In this document: piece by piece, positions 20,249 to 30,113 of the stretch | Layout: every line of letters starts with the position of its first letter | Numbering within the stretch: position 1 is the stretch's first letter | The notes under the pieces: generated by a model | The model's database searches: none | Told to the model about the DNA's origin: nothing | The model's input: the letters and a program-made list of their open reading frames with translations, nothing else | Program-made: the position numbers and the translations under genes | Assembly: GCA_963674945.2 (NCBI GenBank) | Contig: CAXXWQ010000004.1 | Location: 2,368,001-2,432,000, forward strand | Reading direction: 5' to 3' | Source: an uncultured Desulfosarcina sp. | GTDB lineage: Bacteria; Desulfobacterota; Desulfobacteria; Desulfobacterales; Desulfosarcinaceae | Length of the DNA stretch: 64,000 bases

Positions 20249-20658
20249 GAAGCCATAGCCAAAAATGCTTTTCCCAGTTCCACCAGATCGGAACAGGTGG
20301 CTCCTTTTACATTCATTCTCATGACCGAACCGTTCGTTTTGATCATTTCGATGGTGGATTCAGGTAGAAGGGGTGCCGGAGCCGGCAATTCTATAAAGGG
20401 TGTGGAGAAAATCTCGCACGGGTGTTCTTCCGGCAAGTGAGTACCGGCAACTTTTTTCTTTAACGTCGTGTAGTTTACACGCAGGGCCTTTGACAGGTGG
20501 TAGATGGAGTACTCTTCTGATAGCGCGACCGCTGCCTGCCAAAGGTTTTGGGGAATTCGGGTGCGTTTCTTTCGCAGCTTTCGCCAGGATTCAAACCGCT
20601 GTTGAACTTGCTCAAGGCTGGGAGCGATTATAGAAACATCTTGGATATCGTCATTCAT
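20245..20658 (-). CDS. IS66 accessory HTH protein TnpA-like
   Basis: First ORF of the element; RIPQNLWQAAV HTH-like segment; ATGA-coupled to tnpB. Confidence 0.75.
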   Translation of the reverse strand: MNDDIQDVSIIAPSLEQVQQRFESWRKLRKKRTRIPQNLWQAAVALSEEYSIYHLSKALRVNYTTLKKKVAGTHLPEEHPCEIFSTPFIELPAPAPLLPESTIEMIKTNGSVMRMNVKGATCSDLVELGKAFLAMAS

Positions 20659-21463
20659 CGGCGGGCCTCCTTATTATTGGGGTCAACCGATAATATCCCA
20701 TCTCTCAGCGGATTTCATGCACGCTTGCCGAAAACACACGGTTAATGGTGCCCACCGGAAATGGGGTGGGAGATATAGTGCTTGGCACTCGTCGGGATGT
20801 GACGATCACGCTTACAGGCGTGGATGAGGTCGGTCGGATTGTATCTGTAAATGTAAAATGAAAAGCGATAACGGGGCCAAAGAAAAGGCAGTGGGGAGGC
20901 GTTGCTTGATGGTCTTGAAAATCCTTCAGCGAAATGGGTATTCAGGTGAAGGCCGCCTCAGCTTCTGGAGTATTGCTTTTTGGCAAAGTAGCGTCATTTA
21001 GCATTTCTAATAGACGTGCCGCGTTTGGAGGTCTTTTATCTGGATTATGAGATAGTGATTGGAAAATTGGTTCAAATATATTTTTGGGACCACTCCAATC
21101 ACTTTTATCTATTACGCCGAAAGGGTGCCTGCCTGTAACAACAAACCAGAAAATACTACAGAGTTGAAAAATATCAGATTTTATAGTTATTTCATCATCG
21201 TTCCCCACCATTCTGTTTACTGCTTCGGGTGACATCCAGTATCGAGGACCAATCGCTTCTTGCACGTTAGTAAAATCCTGTTGGTTATTGTTAAAAAATT
21301 TACATAATCCTAAGTCGCTTAGAAACCATGTTTCGCCTTTGATAAGTAAGGGTCAAATAAACCCCATCTTCACATAGCCCAGATATTATGACATCATAGG
21401 CTTGGCAATGAAAATGTGTATGGGAGACGATTGTGAACCGGCCGGTAGAAAGTAAGAGAAGAA

Positions 21464-23059
21464 TCAATAGCGAAGGATCGCCAGCGTCTGTTTGTCGATA
21501 TTTTTTGGCAAAAGCGCCAGATGGTCCTCCCGCGTCCTGGCCAGCGGAAGTTTGGCGAACAGGTATCGAAGATAGGCATAGGGTTCCAGCCCATTGGCTT
21601 TGGCCGTTTCGATCAAACCGAAGAAGGTGGCGCTGGCTTCCGCACCCCGGGGCGCGCCGGAAAACAGCCAGTTCTTGCGACCCAACACGAATGGCCGGAT
21701 GACATTTTCAGCCACATTGTTGTCGGGCTTCAGAAATCCGGCATTGATATAGACAACCAGTTTGTCCCATTGGTTTAGGCAATATTGGATCGCTTTGCCG
21801 AGAAGGCTTTTCGGAGGAGCTTGCCAATGGTAGGTGTCCAGCCAGGTTTTAAATTGTTTCAGAATCGGCTTGGCCTTTTCCTGTCGCAGGTCACGGATCT
21901 GTTCATACGACAAATCCTTGTCTCGCGCATACCGTTCTATGCCATACAATGCGCCAATGTAATCCAGCGCCTCGTCGGCAAGCCCCTTGGCTGCTTTTTG
22001 TTTGCCGCGCGCCTTGCGCCCTTTGTTCACCTCGACAAATTTACGTCGGGCATGGGTCAGGCAACCTAAATGGATGATCCCTTGCTTTTGGGACAGCTGA
22101 TCATAGCCGCTGTAGCCGTCGCTTTGAACATAGCCCGAATAGTCTTCTATCATATCTTGCACTACCTTCCCACTACGGGTGGGATGATACTGGTAAAGCA
22201 CCACAGGGGCATCCAACGGGCCGCCACAAAACACCCACATATACGATTTTGTTGTATTGCTGCGGCCCGGTTCCTGAAGCACCTGAAACGGACTTTCATC
22301 GATATTGATCACAGGACCGCTTCGAATCTCCTGATGCATCAATTCGACGATCGGCTGGCAGCAACCGGCGGCCTGAATCATCCAATTGGCCATGGTTGAC
22401 CGTGAGATGTCAACGCCCAGACGGTCAAATATCTTTTGTTGGCGATGCAGGGGAAGCGCATCGGCGAATTTTGAGACAGCGATGTGGGCCAGCAGTCCCT
22501 CAGTGGCGTTGCTCTTGGGAATCAGTTGTTCTGGCGGCGGAGCGATCCTAACGGTGGGGCCGTCATCCTCGACGCCTTCGCAGGCCTTGCAGGCGTATTT
22601 GGGGCGGATGTGACGGATCACCTGGATTTTTGCCGGGATATAATCGAGCTTCTCACAGGTCTCTTCGCCGATACGGCTCAGTTCAACTCCGCAAGCACAC
22701 CGTTTCTCGGCCTCAGGGATATCGTGCAGGACCTCGACGCGGGGCAGATCCTCAGGCAACGGTTTGCGGCCACGCTTTTTGCGGGTGTGCTCCGGGACGG
22801 TGATGTCGTCATCGGCAAGGACGGGCTCTGCGGTTTCGTCGGGTTTGAACAACTGGAGTTGGTTGGGATTGACGGCCGGCAAAACTTCACTTTTGCGACC
22901 GAACAGCTCGTTCTTCAGCAGACGTACCATTTCTTGCAGATGGTCGATTTGCTGCTGCTGAGAAGAGATAATCTCCTTAAGCGATTGGGCGTCATCGGGC
23001 AGGTTGTTCGATTCCGAAAGCATGCCTGATACATAGCATAACCAATTGAATTTGTACAC
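21464..23059 (-). CDS. tnpC: IS66 transposase TnpC
   Basis: LFGRKSE, LPEDLPR, IDESP, QSDGYSGY, CLTHARRKF, DNNVAENVIRPFVLGRKNWLF. Confidence 0.95.
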   Translation of the reverse strand: MYKFNWLCYVSGMLSESNNLPDDAQSLKEIISSQQQQIDHLQEMVRLLKNELFGRKSEVLPAVNPNQLQLFKPDETAEPVLADDDITVPEHTRKKRGRKPLPEDLPRVEVLHDIPEAEKRCACGVELSRIGEETCEKLDYIPAKIQVIRHIRPKYACKACEGVEDDGPTVRIAPPPEQLIPKSNATEGLLAHIAVSKFADALPLHRQQKIFDRLGVDISRSTMANWMIQAAGCCQPIVELMHQEIRSGPVINIDESPFQVLQEPGRSNTTKSYMWVFCGGPLDAPVVLYQYHPTRSGKVVQDMIEDYSGYVQSDGYSGYDQLSQKQGIIHLGCLTHARRKFVEVNKGRKARGKQKAAKGLADEALDYIGALYGIERYARDKDLSYEQIRDLRQEKAKPILKQFKTWLDTYHWQAPPKSLLGKAIQYCLNQWDKLVVYINAGFLKPDNNVAENVIRPFVLGRKNWLFSGAPRGAEASATFFGLIETAKANGLEPYAYLRYLFAKLPLARTREDHLALLPKNIDKQTLAILRY

Positions 23060-23086
23060 ACTTATTTTACTTCCAGGTGGATGTTC

Positions 23087-23434
23087 TCAGCTTGCATAAC
23101 GGTAGTTTAAACGCACATGAGCATTCGTATAATCCAGTCCGGCGAGAAGCCATTCCAGTTCTTTCGCACTAAGGGAAACGACTTCTTTTGTGGTTGTTGG
23201 CCAGTGGAAACGGTGCTTCTCCAGCCGTTTGAGCCAGAGAGCAAATCCATTTTTATCCCAGTATAAAATTTTTATCATGTTCCGACGCCGATTGCAGAAG
23301 ACGAACAGGTCCCCTTCGAAGGGATTCAAATCCATGGCCTGTTCCACCAAAACCGAAAGCCCGTTGATCGATTTGCGCATATCGGTATTACCCACGGCCA
23401 GAAAGACCCTTTTGGGATTGGTGGGCAACATCAT
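23087..23434 (-). CDS. tnpB: IS66 accessory protein TnpB
   Basis: TDMRKSINGL, LFVFCNRRR, KILYWD.NGF.L..KRLE. Confidence 0.95.
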   Translation of the reverse strand: MMLPTNPKRVFLAVGNTDMRKSINGLSVLVEQAMDLNPFEGDLFVFCNRRRNMIKILYWDKNGFALWLKRLEKHRFHWPTTTKEVVSLSAKELEWLLAGLDYTNAHVRLNYRYAS

Positions 23435-23760
23435 AATGTAGCCACCATTGCAACAAGCTTGTTGATTTCTATCGATCCGTTTTGATCATCGACTTCGATG
23501 GTAAATCCGTTGGGGGTATGAATACGAACGGATGGATGTTTCCTCGTCGCTGATCCGTTGAGCGCAACCGGCAAAAAAGTAACTCGGGTTTTATCAACGG
23601 GCATGATGCGCCGTTTCCAATCGTAAAACCGATGGAGAATGAGATCGTTTTTTTTACAATAGGCCCTTTGGCTTAGGCTGCTGATCTTCCATTTCTCGAT
23701 ATGATTTTCCCAAAATTTTCGCCTTTGCTTGGAATCGAATGAATCATAGTCTTCAGGCAT
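23431..23760 (-). CDS. tnpA: IS66 accessory protein TnpA
   Basis: W..HIEKWK.S.LSQRAYCK….FYDWKRR HTH pattern. Confidence 0.88.
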   Translation of the reverse strand: MPEDYDSFDSKQRRKFWENHIEKWKISSLSQRAYCKKNDLILHRFYDWKRRIMPVDKTRVTFLPVALNGSATRKHPSVRIHTPNGFTIEVDDQNGSIEINKLVAMVATL

Positions 23761-23868
23761 GATATCTTCTCCTTTCTTTGGGGAAACACATTGCCATGCC
23801 TGAACAATTTTGTGAAGATGGGGTTAATAAACCGCTTACTTTGATAAGTATGTTTTCTGGTTTTAAGT

Positions 23869-25366
23869 CAATGTCGTTAACTTAACCGATCGGCTTGTAC
23901 TGAGGAAAATATATGCGCGGTTTCGCTTTGTGTTTGCGCGGATATTTTCTCCCCGGCCTAATCGGTTCAACGGTTCTTTGAAAAATATATTGCAAATCGG
24001 CGATCAATCGTTTGATCATCCTTTTCGTATCGAGAAACAGCAAGACGATCACACCTTTACTTTTTGACAGCGCCTGGGTGAAATTGATCTGGTATCGGTG
24101 TTTTTTATCCACAATGTCATTGTCCATCTGGTCTTGGACAGGAAAAGCCATCATCCAGACCAGGTTTTTGGCGAAAATCTTTGCGTGAAAGTCTTGATAC
24201 ACAGACAGCGCAGATTGGCCAGAAAAGTTTTCCAGTTCCATCCGGCATTTGATGATTTTGTAATCCTCTTCCACTGGCCATCTTTTGTGGTAAAGATCGC
24301 TAAACAGTTCGATTGGATATGTTCCCTTGTCAATCAGCGAAGTCATTAGCACGGCAACCTTCCCATCGTTTTCAATGCGGATCAGACGAAGTTTTAAAGG
24401 GGTTGTGTCCAACCCCATCTGTTTGCATTGGGAAACGGAGGTAGGATGAACAGGCACGGTAACAATCTTTTCCGATAGCCCGGAATGAAAAAACTTACGA
24501 ACGACTTTCCATTTCGTACAAGACACGCGGGCACAGAAGTTGGCCTCCATGGAAAGGATCAGGTTAAAAAGCCACCATGCCGGGTACCCCCTATCGAGAA
24601 GGATCAAATCCTTGGGCATGACGTTTAGCATGTGTTGCGCCGCCAGTTCGCGTTCACCGATACGTTTGGGCTTGATAAGGGCATCGACGGTCATTTTGTT
24701 GAGGACATCGAAAAGCTGAGAAACCCTTGCCATGGGAGATGGCGCACCCTGACGAACGTTCCAAACGCCAAAATGCTGGGCGACATCATCCGTCACCGGC
24801 AATTTTGTTGTAGAACCGTCAATGGCCAGCAACCGGAACCCGAACCACAACTTGGGACGAAAATGCTTTTCAAAATAGATGATTAACTGTAAATTCAATT
24901 CAACAAAGGCTTCATACTTGAGCTTCATTCGCGCTTTTGTTAAAGCTGCTTTCGATACGACCCGTCTTGCCACATCGAAGCGGCATAATGTCTTGAAGAA
25001 TCTATCCAGTTCGTCCTGGTATGAACCTTTGACAAGGTTGATGAGAAAAACGATCAAGACATGAAACGGAAGTTTTCTATTCCGTGTGAAATCGTTCTTG
25101 TTTTTTCTGTGGCGAGCGATGAAGTCAGGAGAGGAGATAATTTCTCTTATAAATTCAATTGTTTTGGCACATACATTGAAAATCAGGTTTCGTGCCAAAG
25201 TTACCAAATTTCTCGCTAATTTTCGACATGGTATGCTCCTTTTGATTATATAACTGGCTGTTATTATTGAAAGTGAGTATACCATGTCGATCCACCTAAT
25301 ACAACATAATTTGCAATATATTTGATATGTTATGCCGTTTAACTGCTTCTTAAGTTAATGGCATTG
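23869..25366 (-). mobile_element. IS4-family insertion sequence (1498 bp)
   Basis: IRs CAATGTCGTTAACTTAA / CAATGCCATTAACTTAA; 10-bp TSD GGTTTTAAGT. Confidence 0.92.
23882..25285 (-). CDS. IS4-family transposase
   Basis: AIDGS, LLDRGY, YHKRWPVEEDYK (YREK signature). The true start is probably downstream of 25285. Confidence 0.92.
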   Translation of the reverse strand: MVYSLSIITASYIIKRSIPCRKLARNLVTLARNLIFNVCAKTIEFIREIISSPDFIARHRKNKNDFTRNRKLPFHVLIVFLINLVKGSYQDELDRFFKTLCRFDVARRVVSKAALTKARMKLKYEAFVELNLQLIIYFEKHFRPKLWFGFRLLAIDGSTTKLPVTDDVAQHFGVWNVRQGAPSPMARVSQLFDVLNKMTVDALIKPKRIGERELAAQHMLNVMPKDLILLDRGYPAWWLFNLILSMEANFCARVSCTKWKVVRKFFHSGLSEKIVTVPVHPTSVSQCKQMGLDTTPLKLRLIRIENDGKVAVLMTSLIDKGTYPIELFSDLYHKRWPVEEDYKIIKCRMELENFSGQSALSVYQDFHAKIFAKNLVWMMAFPVQDQMDNDIVDKKHRYQINFTQALSKSKGVIVLLFLDTKRMIKRLIADLQYIFQRTVEPIRPGRKYPRKHKAKPRIYFPQYKPIG

Positions 25367-25902
25367 GGTTTTAAGTCTCTATGTAATGCTTTGTTATGAA
25401 GCGCGGCGAGAGCTGATGCTAAACCCTTAAATTGGGCTATATACACCTCGTAAGACACTTTGTTTTCTGCTGAAAGAATGTAATCTTTTAAGTTCTGATC
25501 AGCTTTAGGCATAATTAAAAAAGGGATTTTTTTTATTTCTTTCTTAACCTTTGCCTCTACGAACCCATCATCAATATATTGAATTAATTGTGCGTGATTA
25601 ACCTGTTTGATTATATTTATTTCTTGCTTGAATCTCCTAATTCTTTTAAATCCTTTAGCTAAGAGAAATTTTATAGCATATTCATTACCTGTTGATTGCT
25701 CGACACATTCATGAATAACCGCGTTTCCCCCGCAAGCGATTCGATCTTGAACCTCATATTGGTTGTTCGAAATAGAGCTAACCGTGTCATCAATGTGGTG
25801 AATTCCAAACTTTTTATTGTCAAAGAAAAGTGGAACAGTCAAATCATCCCCTCCTCTTTCATGACTTGATCCATATCCGTGATATATTAGCTGTTTTTAG
25901 TT

Positions 25903-27180
25903 CTAATCGCCTTGGACATGTTCAGCTTTTTTTACACATTCAACATGCGTGAATTCTGCATTCGATAGTTGGTAATTCGTAGTATCTTTAGACCATCCCA
26001 ATAAAACATCACTTTTCTTACAGCCTTCAATTTGATTGTTACATATCGGACATTCTTCAAGATAAGGTGGGCAACTCACGTCTTCACTGGAAGTGTATAA
26101 ATCCCATAATATGTCATGGAATTTTTTTATAGTTTCTTGTTCAGGAAGCTTGTTTACGTATGTTCCTTTCAATATGTCCTTTAAAAAATCTCTTCTCCAG
26201 ATTCTACTTTTTATCGTATTGCCTTGGGAAACACATTTGATCGCGTACTCTGATAACAGCTCAATATCCGATTCTGGTTCTATATTAACATTTAGTAATT
26301 TAAGATCCTCTCTTAAATCGTCAGTATTTTTGCCTTCCAAAGCATTGCCTTCGATCTGAAGCTCATTAATAGCTGAGAATAAGCTATAAAAATCGGCCTT
26401 TTGCCTGAATCTGGTTTTAGAAATAGTGTAGGAATCTTCAGGAAAAATTTTCTGAAGGTCATCAATAATTTTCTCGAATCTATCTCGTATTAAAGTAACA
26501 TCTTTTTTGGGCCAAGTTGAATAATCTTGGTAGAATTGATCCAGTGTCGTCTTTTTATCTTGAATTCCATCAATCAAAATGGCAAGCAATTCAGATATAT
26601 ATTCGACGTCACCCATTCTTCTGCGATTGGCAATTGTAAATATTTTTGAATCTTCAAAAAAACTATGTTGTGATAATTCTTCGGATAACTTCAAGAATTG
26701 ACCTGGAAAGTCTGCCCGACGGAGTTCCTGTTTATTAAGTGCAATATTATATTTGTTGACTCTTGAATAAATTTCTCGAACGATTTCATCAGAAGCATTT
26801 CTTATTTCGTTGACATCAATTTTATATGAAAGGAAATCTTGCCTAACATTTTCTGGAAGATCTGTGAAATGCATATCCGAATATTCACCATTGTATGGAT
26901 TAGATAATTTAAACTCGTCCCTTAAGAATGAAAGAATGGCCCTGATTCTTTGCTGGCCATCGATTACAATTCTGTATGTATCATTATCTCTAATAACGGC
27001 CTCAAAGAACATTTTTGGCATAGGTATATTTTTGAGGATCGTATCCATCAACATAATCATTGCTGCTTTTGTCCATACCGTTTGCCTTTGAAAATCAGGT
27101 CTAACTTCCAACCTTTTATTCATGTTCCAATCACGCATATCGGATATTGGATGAGAACTTGTGATCCACTTCCAAGTCAT
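25903..27180 (-). CDS. DUF262 (ParB/Srx-like, GmrS/SspE-N type) protein with C-terminal Cys/His cluster
   Basis: PDFQRQTVW, VIDGQQR, RVN…L..QELR; tail ECPIC…NAEFTHVEC. Confidence 0.85.
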   Translation of the reverse strand: MTWKWITSSHPISDMRDWNMNKRLEVRPDFQRQTVWTKAAMIMLMDTILKNIPMPKMFFEAVIRDNDTYRIVIDGQQRIRAILSFLRDEFKLSNPYNGEYSDMHFTDLPENVRQDFLSYKIDVNEIRNASDEIVREIYSRVNKYNIALNKQELRRADFPGQFLKLSEELSQHSFFEDSKIFTIANRRRMGDVEYISELLAILIDGIQDKKTTLDQFYQDYSTWPKKDVTLIRDRFEKIIDDLQKIFPEDSYTISKTRFRQKADFYSLFSAINELQIEGNALEGKNTDDLREDLKLLNVNIEPESDIELLSEYAIKCVSQGNTIKSRIWRRDFLKDILKGTYVNKLPEQETIKKFHDILWDLYTSSEDVSCPPYLEECPICNNQIEGCKKSDVLLGWSKDTTNYQLSNAEFTHVECVKKAEHVQGD

Positions 27181-27206
27181 GTGTTTCCACCTTTAAGTTG
27201 AAAAAC

Positions 27207-27659
27207 CTATCCTTTTCTGATTAGAGCATCCAACTCGTCAGATATATTCCAAATGGGCTCGGCATCACCGGTTTTTAGCATTTCTATAACCTTTGGAAGA
27301 CCAGCTACTGCAAGTCCATTTGCTAAAGCCATCACCTGCCTTGGTTGAGATACGATTTGAACGTCATTAGTTTTTTTGATAGCGATTAGCATAAGTGCAT
27401 GTATCCGCAAAGGATCATTTCCAAATATTGAGCCTTCAATTATTTTATACGTATCGCTCTTTTCGAGATCAGCTGGTTCCATATCTAATCTGACAGCTAT
27501 GCATAGTGATAAGAACCACAAATCTACCATTCGTGGGAATGGACTATCATCAACATTTGAGCCCCCCTTAGTTCTGCAATACCTCGCGAAAGTATCCCTG
27601 TATTCTTCAGGTACGCTGAGGTCCATACCTTGGAATGGGTTATAGTAGCGTTCAGCCAT
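27207..27659 (-). CDS. Small helical protein, possible DndE-like partner of the ABC ATPase
   Basis: 150 aa, 9 nt downstream of the ATPase gene. The family call rests on position and size only. Confidence 0.5.
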   Translation of the reverse strand: MAERYYNPFQGMDLSVPEEYRDTFARYCRTKGGSNVDDSPFPRMVDLWFLSLCIAVRLDMEPADLEKSDTYKIIEGSIFGNDPLRIHALMLIAIKKTNDVQIVSQPRQVMALANGLAVAGLPKVIEMLKTGDAEPIWNISDELDALIRKG

Positions 27660-27668
27660 TATATCCTC

Positions 27669-29813
27669 CTAAATGGATTCTTCCATCTCGATTTCTGCAT
27701 CGAATCTACGTGCACATAGCTGACAGTCTTCTCTGTGCGTACAGTTACAAGCAAGAATTGTTTGTTCTGTAAAATGAGGATCATTAACCAACATCTTAGG
27801 ATAATGGCAGGGATTTGTGAGTGTGACGACAACACCAGCAGCATCGTCAAGGATCTCCTCACATCCTGCGATTTCGTCATGAGTTAAAAATAAAATAAGT
27901 TGGGAACTTTTTTCGATTGCAGTTCTTAGAACTGATCTTTTTACATAACCACTCATCATACCTAGCGGTGTATCAATCACATTTGGCGCTTCCACTTCAC
28001 TAACTAATGTGAGCGATAAAATGAAGGCTAATGTGAGAGCTCTTCTAGATGCACCGTTAAGGTCACGATCAGGGTCAAGTGTTCTATCCTGCGGTCCATA
28101 GACTTTAATATCAAAATCTCGGTTGATCTCAGCACGTCTTATTATTGCAAATTGCTCTGGATCAGCACCAATCATCTCTAAGAATATTTCATTCATCTTT
28201 TCGCTAACACGTATGAGCTCTTCATTTGTAATCTTATCATAAGAACTTTTGAGTACATTTATAATATCTTGAGTTACTATGAGTTCTGAAAGGACTCTGG
28301 TACCTTTATCTTGAATTCTTAAAAGCCGGTCTCGCTCCCTAACCAAATAAGCTCGGTCTCTATTGAGGCTCTCCAACTGTGTTTCTAAAGTTGATTTCTT
28401 TTGTAAAAATCGGTCTCTTTGTTCTTTGTATCTTTTTTTAGTGTCACGTAACCCTTGGATATCTGCATCAGGTAATCTATCAATTTCAAGTTCAATTGAT
28501 CTTTTCTTTGCACCTGCCTGGTCGCGTAGAATTGTAAGACCATCTCGATTTTCTACAACCCTTTTATACTCATTTAACCACCGCGATTCTGTTGGTTCAG
28601 GGGATTTTTGTAGAGCTTTCGATCCAAAATAAAGATCAGTAATAATTACCTGTATTTCATCAGCTTGCTTACTATCATCAATAAGTTTTTGTATATTGAG
28701 TCTCCGGCGATTACCATCAGGATCGTTCTCATCTATACTCTCACCACAAATGCAATTTTCTTGTTTAAGCCTTTCCTCTAATACTGGTATTGTCGTATTA
28801 GGAATCTTCCCCTGGTCACGAAGATCTGTAAGTTTCTGAAACGCGTCATCTAAAACAGGCGATAGCAAATCAATGGCCAAAGAGTCACTTCGAAATAATT
28901 CAGTGTGGTCCTTTTCCGCAGACTCTATTCGTTTATTAAGCTGTTTTATTTCACGATTAATAGTCTCAAGACTTCTTTTAAGCTTTTCTTCATCACCTTT
29001 TTGCAAGGCTTCGGCTATTTTTCGATCGATTGAATTGAATTTTTCATCGAATGCAGCAAACTGCTCCTTGGCATCTTCGTAGTCGGCCTCTTTGTCTTCG
29101 ATCTCATCCTCGATGCCCTGTAATTGAGTAGCAACGGTGATCAGATCTCCTGAAGTTTGGAGTTTTTTTGCTTTTTTATTTGCCTCAGAGGTAGATTTAT
29201 TAACATGACGTATAGCGTCCTCAATAATACTTAAACCAAGTAATGATCGAATTGCGTTTTGTACTCTTTGGCGTTTTGTAGAGGCCGCGACATCCGCTTC
29301 GATGAAACTAAGAGCTCGATCGCCATCTGTGAAAAATACCTCTCTAAGATCAGGAGGCAGCTCCTCGTTTACGTGAACCTCAGGTGACTCAACTGGCTCA
29401 GCCCCCCTGTCTGTCAATAGGAACAATTTGACTGCTGAAGGCTGCCTACTCCATTTTGCCCCACTAATCTCTTCAAATGCTGATCTGACGATTCGATATT
29501 GGTGGCGACTTTCTATAATACCTCTATTACTTCTTCTCAATTTTGAGATTTCAAAGTCCACGGTTACAGTCACTGGAACTCTTTGGCCATTTTCAGCACT
29601 CCAATCAATGGGATGAAGTCTGTAATTGCTTCCCTTTCCTGGAAGGGCTTGGTCGCCATAAAGAGCCCATTGCAATGCTGTCAGAATGGTCGTTTTTCCA
29701 GTTTCATTCGCAGCTCTGATTACCGTTAGATTTCGTTCGGAGTCTGTAGAGAATGTCAGTTCGATGTTTCTTAATAATCTGAAATTCTCAAATTCAGCTC
29801 GAAGAATTTTCAT
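27669..29813 (-). CDS. DndD/Rad50-like coiled-coil ABC ATPase with CxC hook
   Basis: FENFR, Walker A AANETGKTT, FFTDGD, long coiled coils, CICG, signature LNGAS, Walker B VIDTPLG, C-terminal CNC…CQLC. Confidence 0.85.
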   Translation of the reverse strand: MKILRAEFENFRLLRNIELTFSTDSERNLTVIRAANETGKTTILTALQWALYGDQALPGKGSNYRLHPIDWSAENGQRVPVTVTVDFEISKLRRSNRGIIESRHQYRIVRSAFEEISGAKWSRQPSAVKLFLLTDRGAEPVESPEVHVNEELPPDLREVFFTDGDRALSFIEADVAASTKRQRVQNAIRSLLGLSIIEDAIRHVNKSTSEANKKAKKLQTSGDLITVATQLQGIEDEIEDKEADYEDAKEQFAAFDEKFNSIDRKIAEALQKGDEEKLKRSLETINREIKQLNKRIESAEKDHTELFRSDSLAIDLLSPVLDDAFQKLTDLRDQGKIPNTTIPVLEERLKQENCICGESIDENDPDGNRRRLNIQKLIDDSKQADEIQVIITDLYFGSKALQKSPEPTESRWLNEYKRVVENRDGLTILRDQAGAKKRSIELEIDRLPDADIQGLRDTKKRYKEQRDRFLQKKSTLETQLESLNRDRAYLVRERDRLLRIQDKGTRVLSELIVTQDIINVLKSSYDKITNEELIRVSEKMNEIFLEMIGADPEQFAIIRRAEINRDFDIKVYGPQDRTLDPDRDLNGASRRALTLAFILSLTLVSEVEAPNVIDTPLGMMSGYVKRSVLRTAIEKSSQLILFLTHDEIAGCEEILDDAAGVVVTLTNPCHYPKMLVNDPHFTEQTILACNCTHREDCQLCARRFDAEIEMEESI

Positions 29814-29869
29814 AATATTAATACTCCCCACTCCGACTGGTCTTTAAGGAATACAGAAAATAATATAGA

Positions 29870-30094
29870 CTATTCTTTGACAGCAGTGTTTTTGGCTAAG
29901 AATTGACCGGTTGCATCACATTTATCATTTATTTTTTGCTGTATGTTTATAGAGCGTATTCGGTGTTGTCGTTCAAGTTCTAAGATGTCGGCAATAGTAT
30001 TGAAAATTTCACCCCTATATCCACTGCACCGCTTCTCTATGCTCTTGCACTGATCGGATATTATCGTGACAATCTTTTTATTAAGCAATGGCAT
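29870..30094 (-). CDS. Small helical protein between helicase and ABC ATPase
   Basis: RBS GGAGG; co-oriented and tightly packed in the operon. Confidence 0.7.
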   Translation of the reverse strand: MPLLNKKIVTIISDQCKSIEKRCSGYRGEIFNTIADILELERQHRIRSINIQQKINDKCDATGQFLAKNTAVKE

Positions 30095-30113
30095 TGAGTT
30101 ATACCCTCCCAAA

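Larger units (their letters stand above)
17309..20739 (-). mobile_element. IS66-family element with a DUF4338 passenger gene, copy 1 (3431 bp)
   Basis: 8-bp TSD GGTTAATG; IRs GTGTCCTTTCGGCAA / GTGTGTTTTCGGCAA; inverted copy at 41273-44703. Confidence 0.93.
16682..20861 (+). pseudogene. Secreted LPP20-like protein (246 aa when rejoined) interrupted by IS66
   Basis: 16682-17308 joined to 20748-20861 gives 741 nt in frame (…KRVRLM-VPTGNGVGDIVLGTRR…VNVK*). Confidence 0.8.
21346..23839 (-). mobile_element. Canonical IS66-family element, copy 1 (2494 bp)
   Basis: GTAAG…CTTAC ends sharing AACCCCATCTTCACA; 8-bp TSD TTTGATAA; direct copy at 45901-48394. Confidence 0.95.
20942..25842 (-). pseudogene. 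Hanks-type Ser/Thr kinase (296 aa when rejoined) interrupted by IS4 and IS66
   Basis: 25842-25367 + 23858-23840 + 21337-20942 = 891 nt in frame: GGNAVI, AIK, HRDLKPENIL, SDLGL, GPRYWMSPE, SDIFQL. Confidence 0.92.

Noticed and set aside
20891..20901. Possible att remnant (GTGGGGAGGCG) resembling the ssrA end
   Set aside because: It is short, mismatched and in inverted orientation relative to ssrA.
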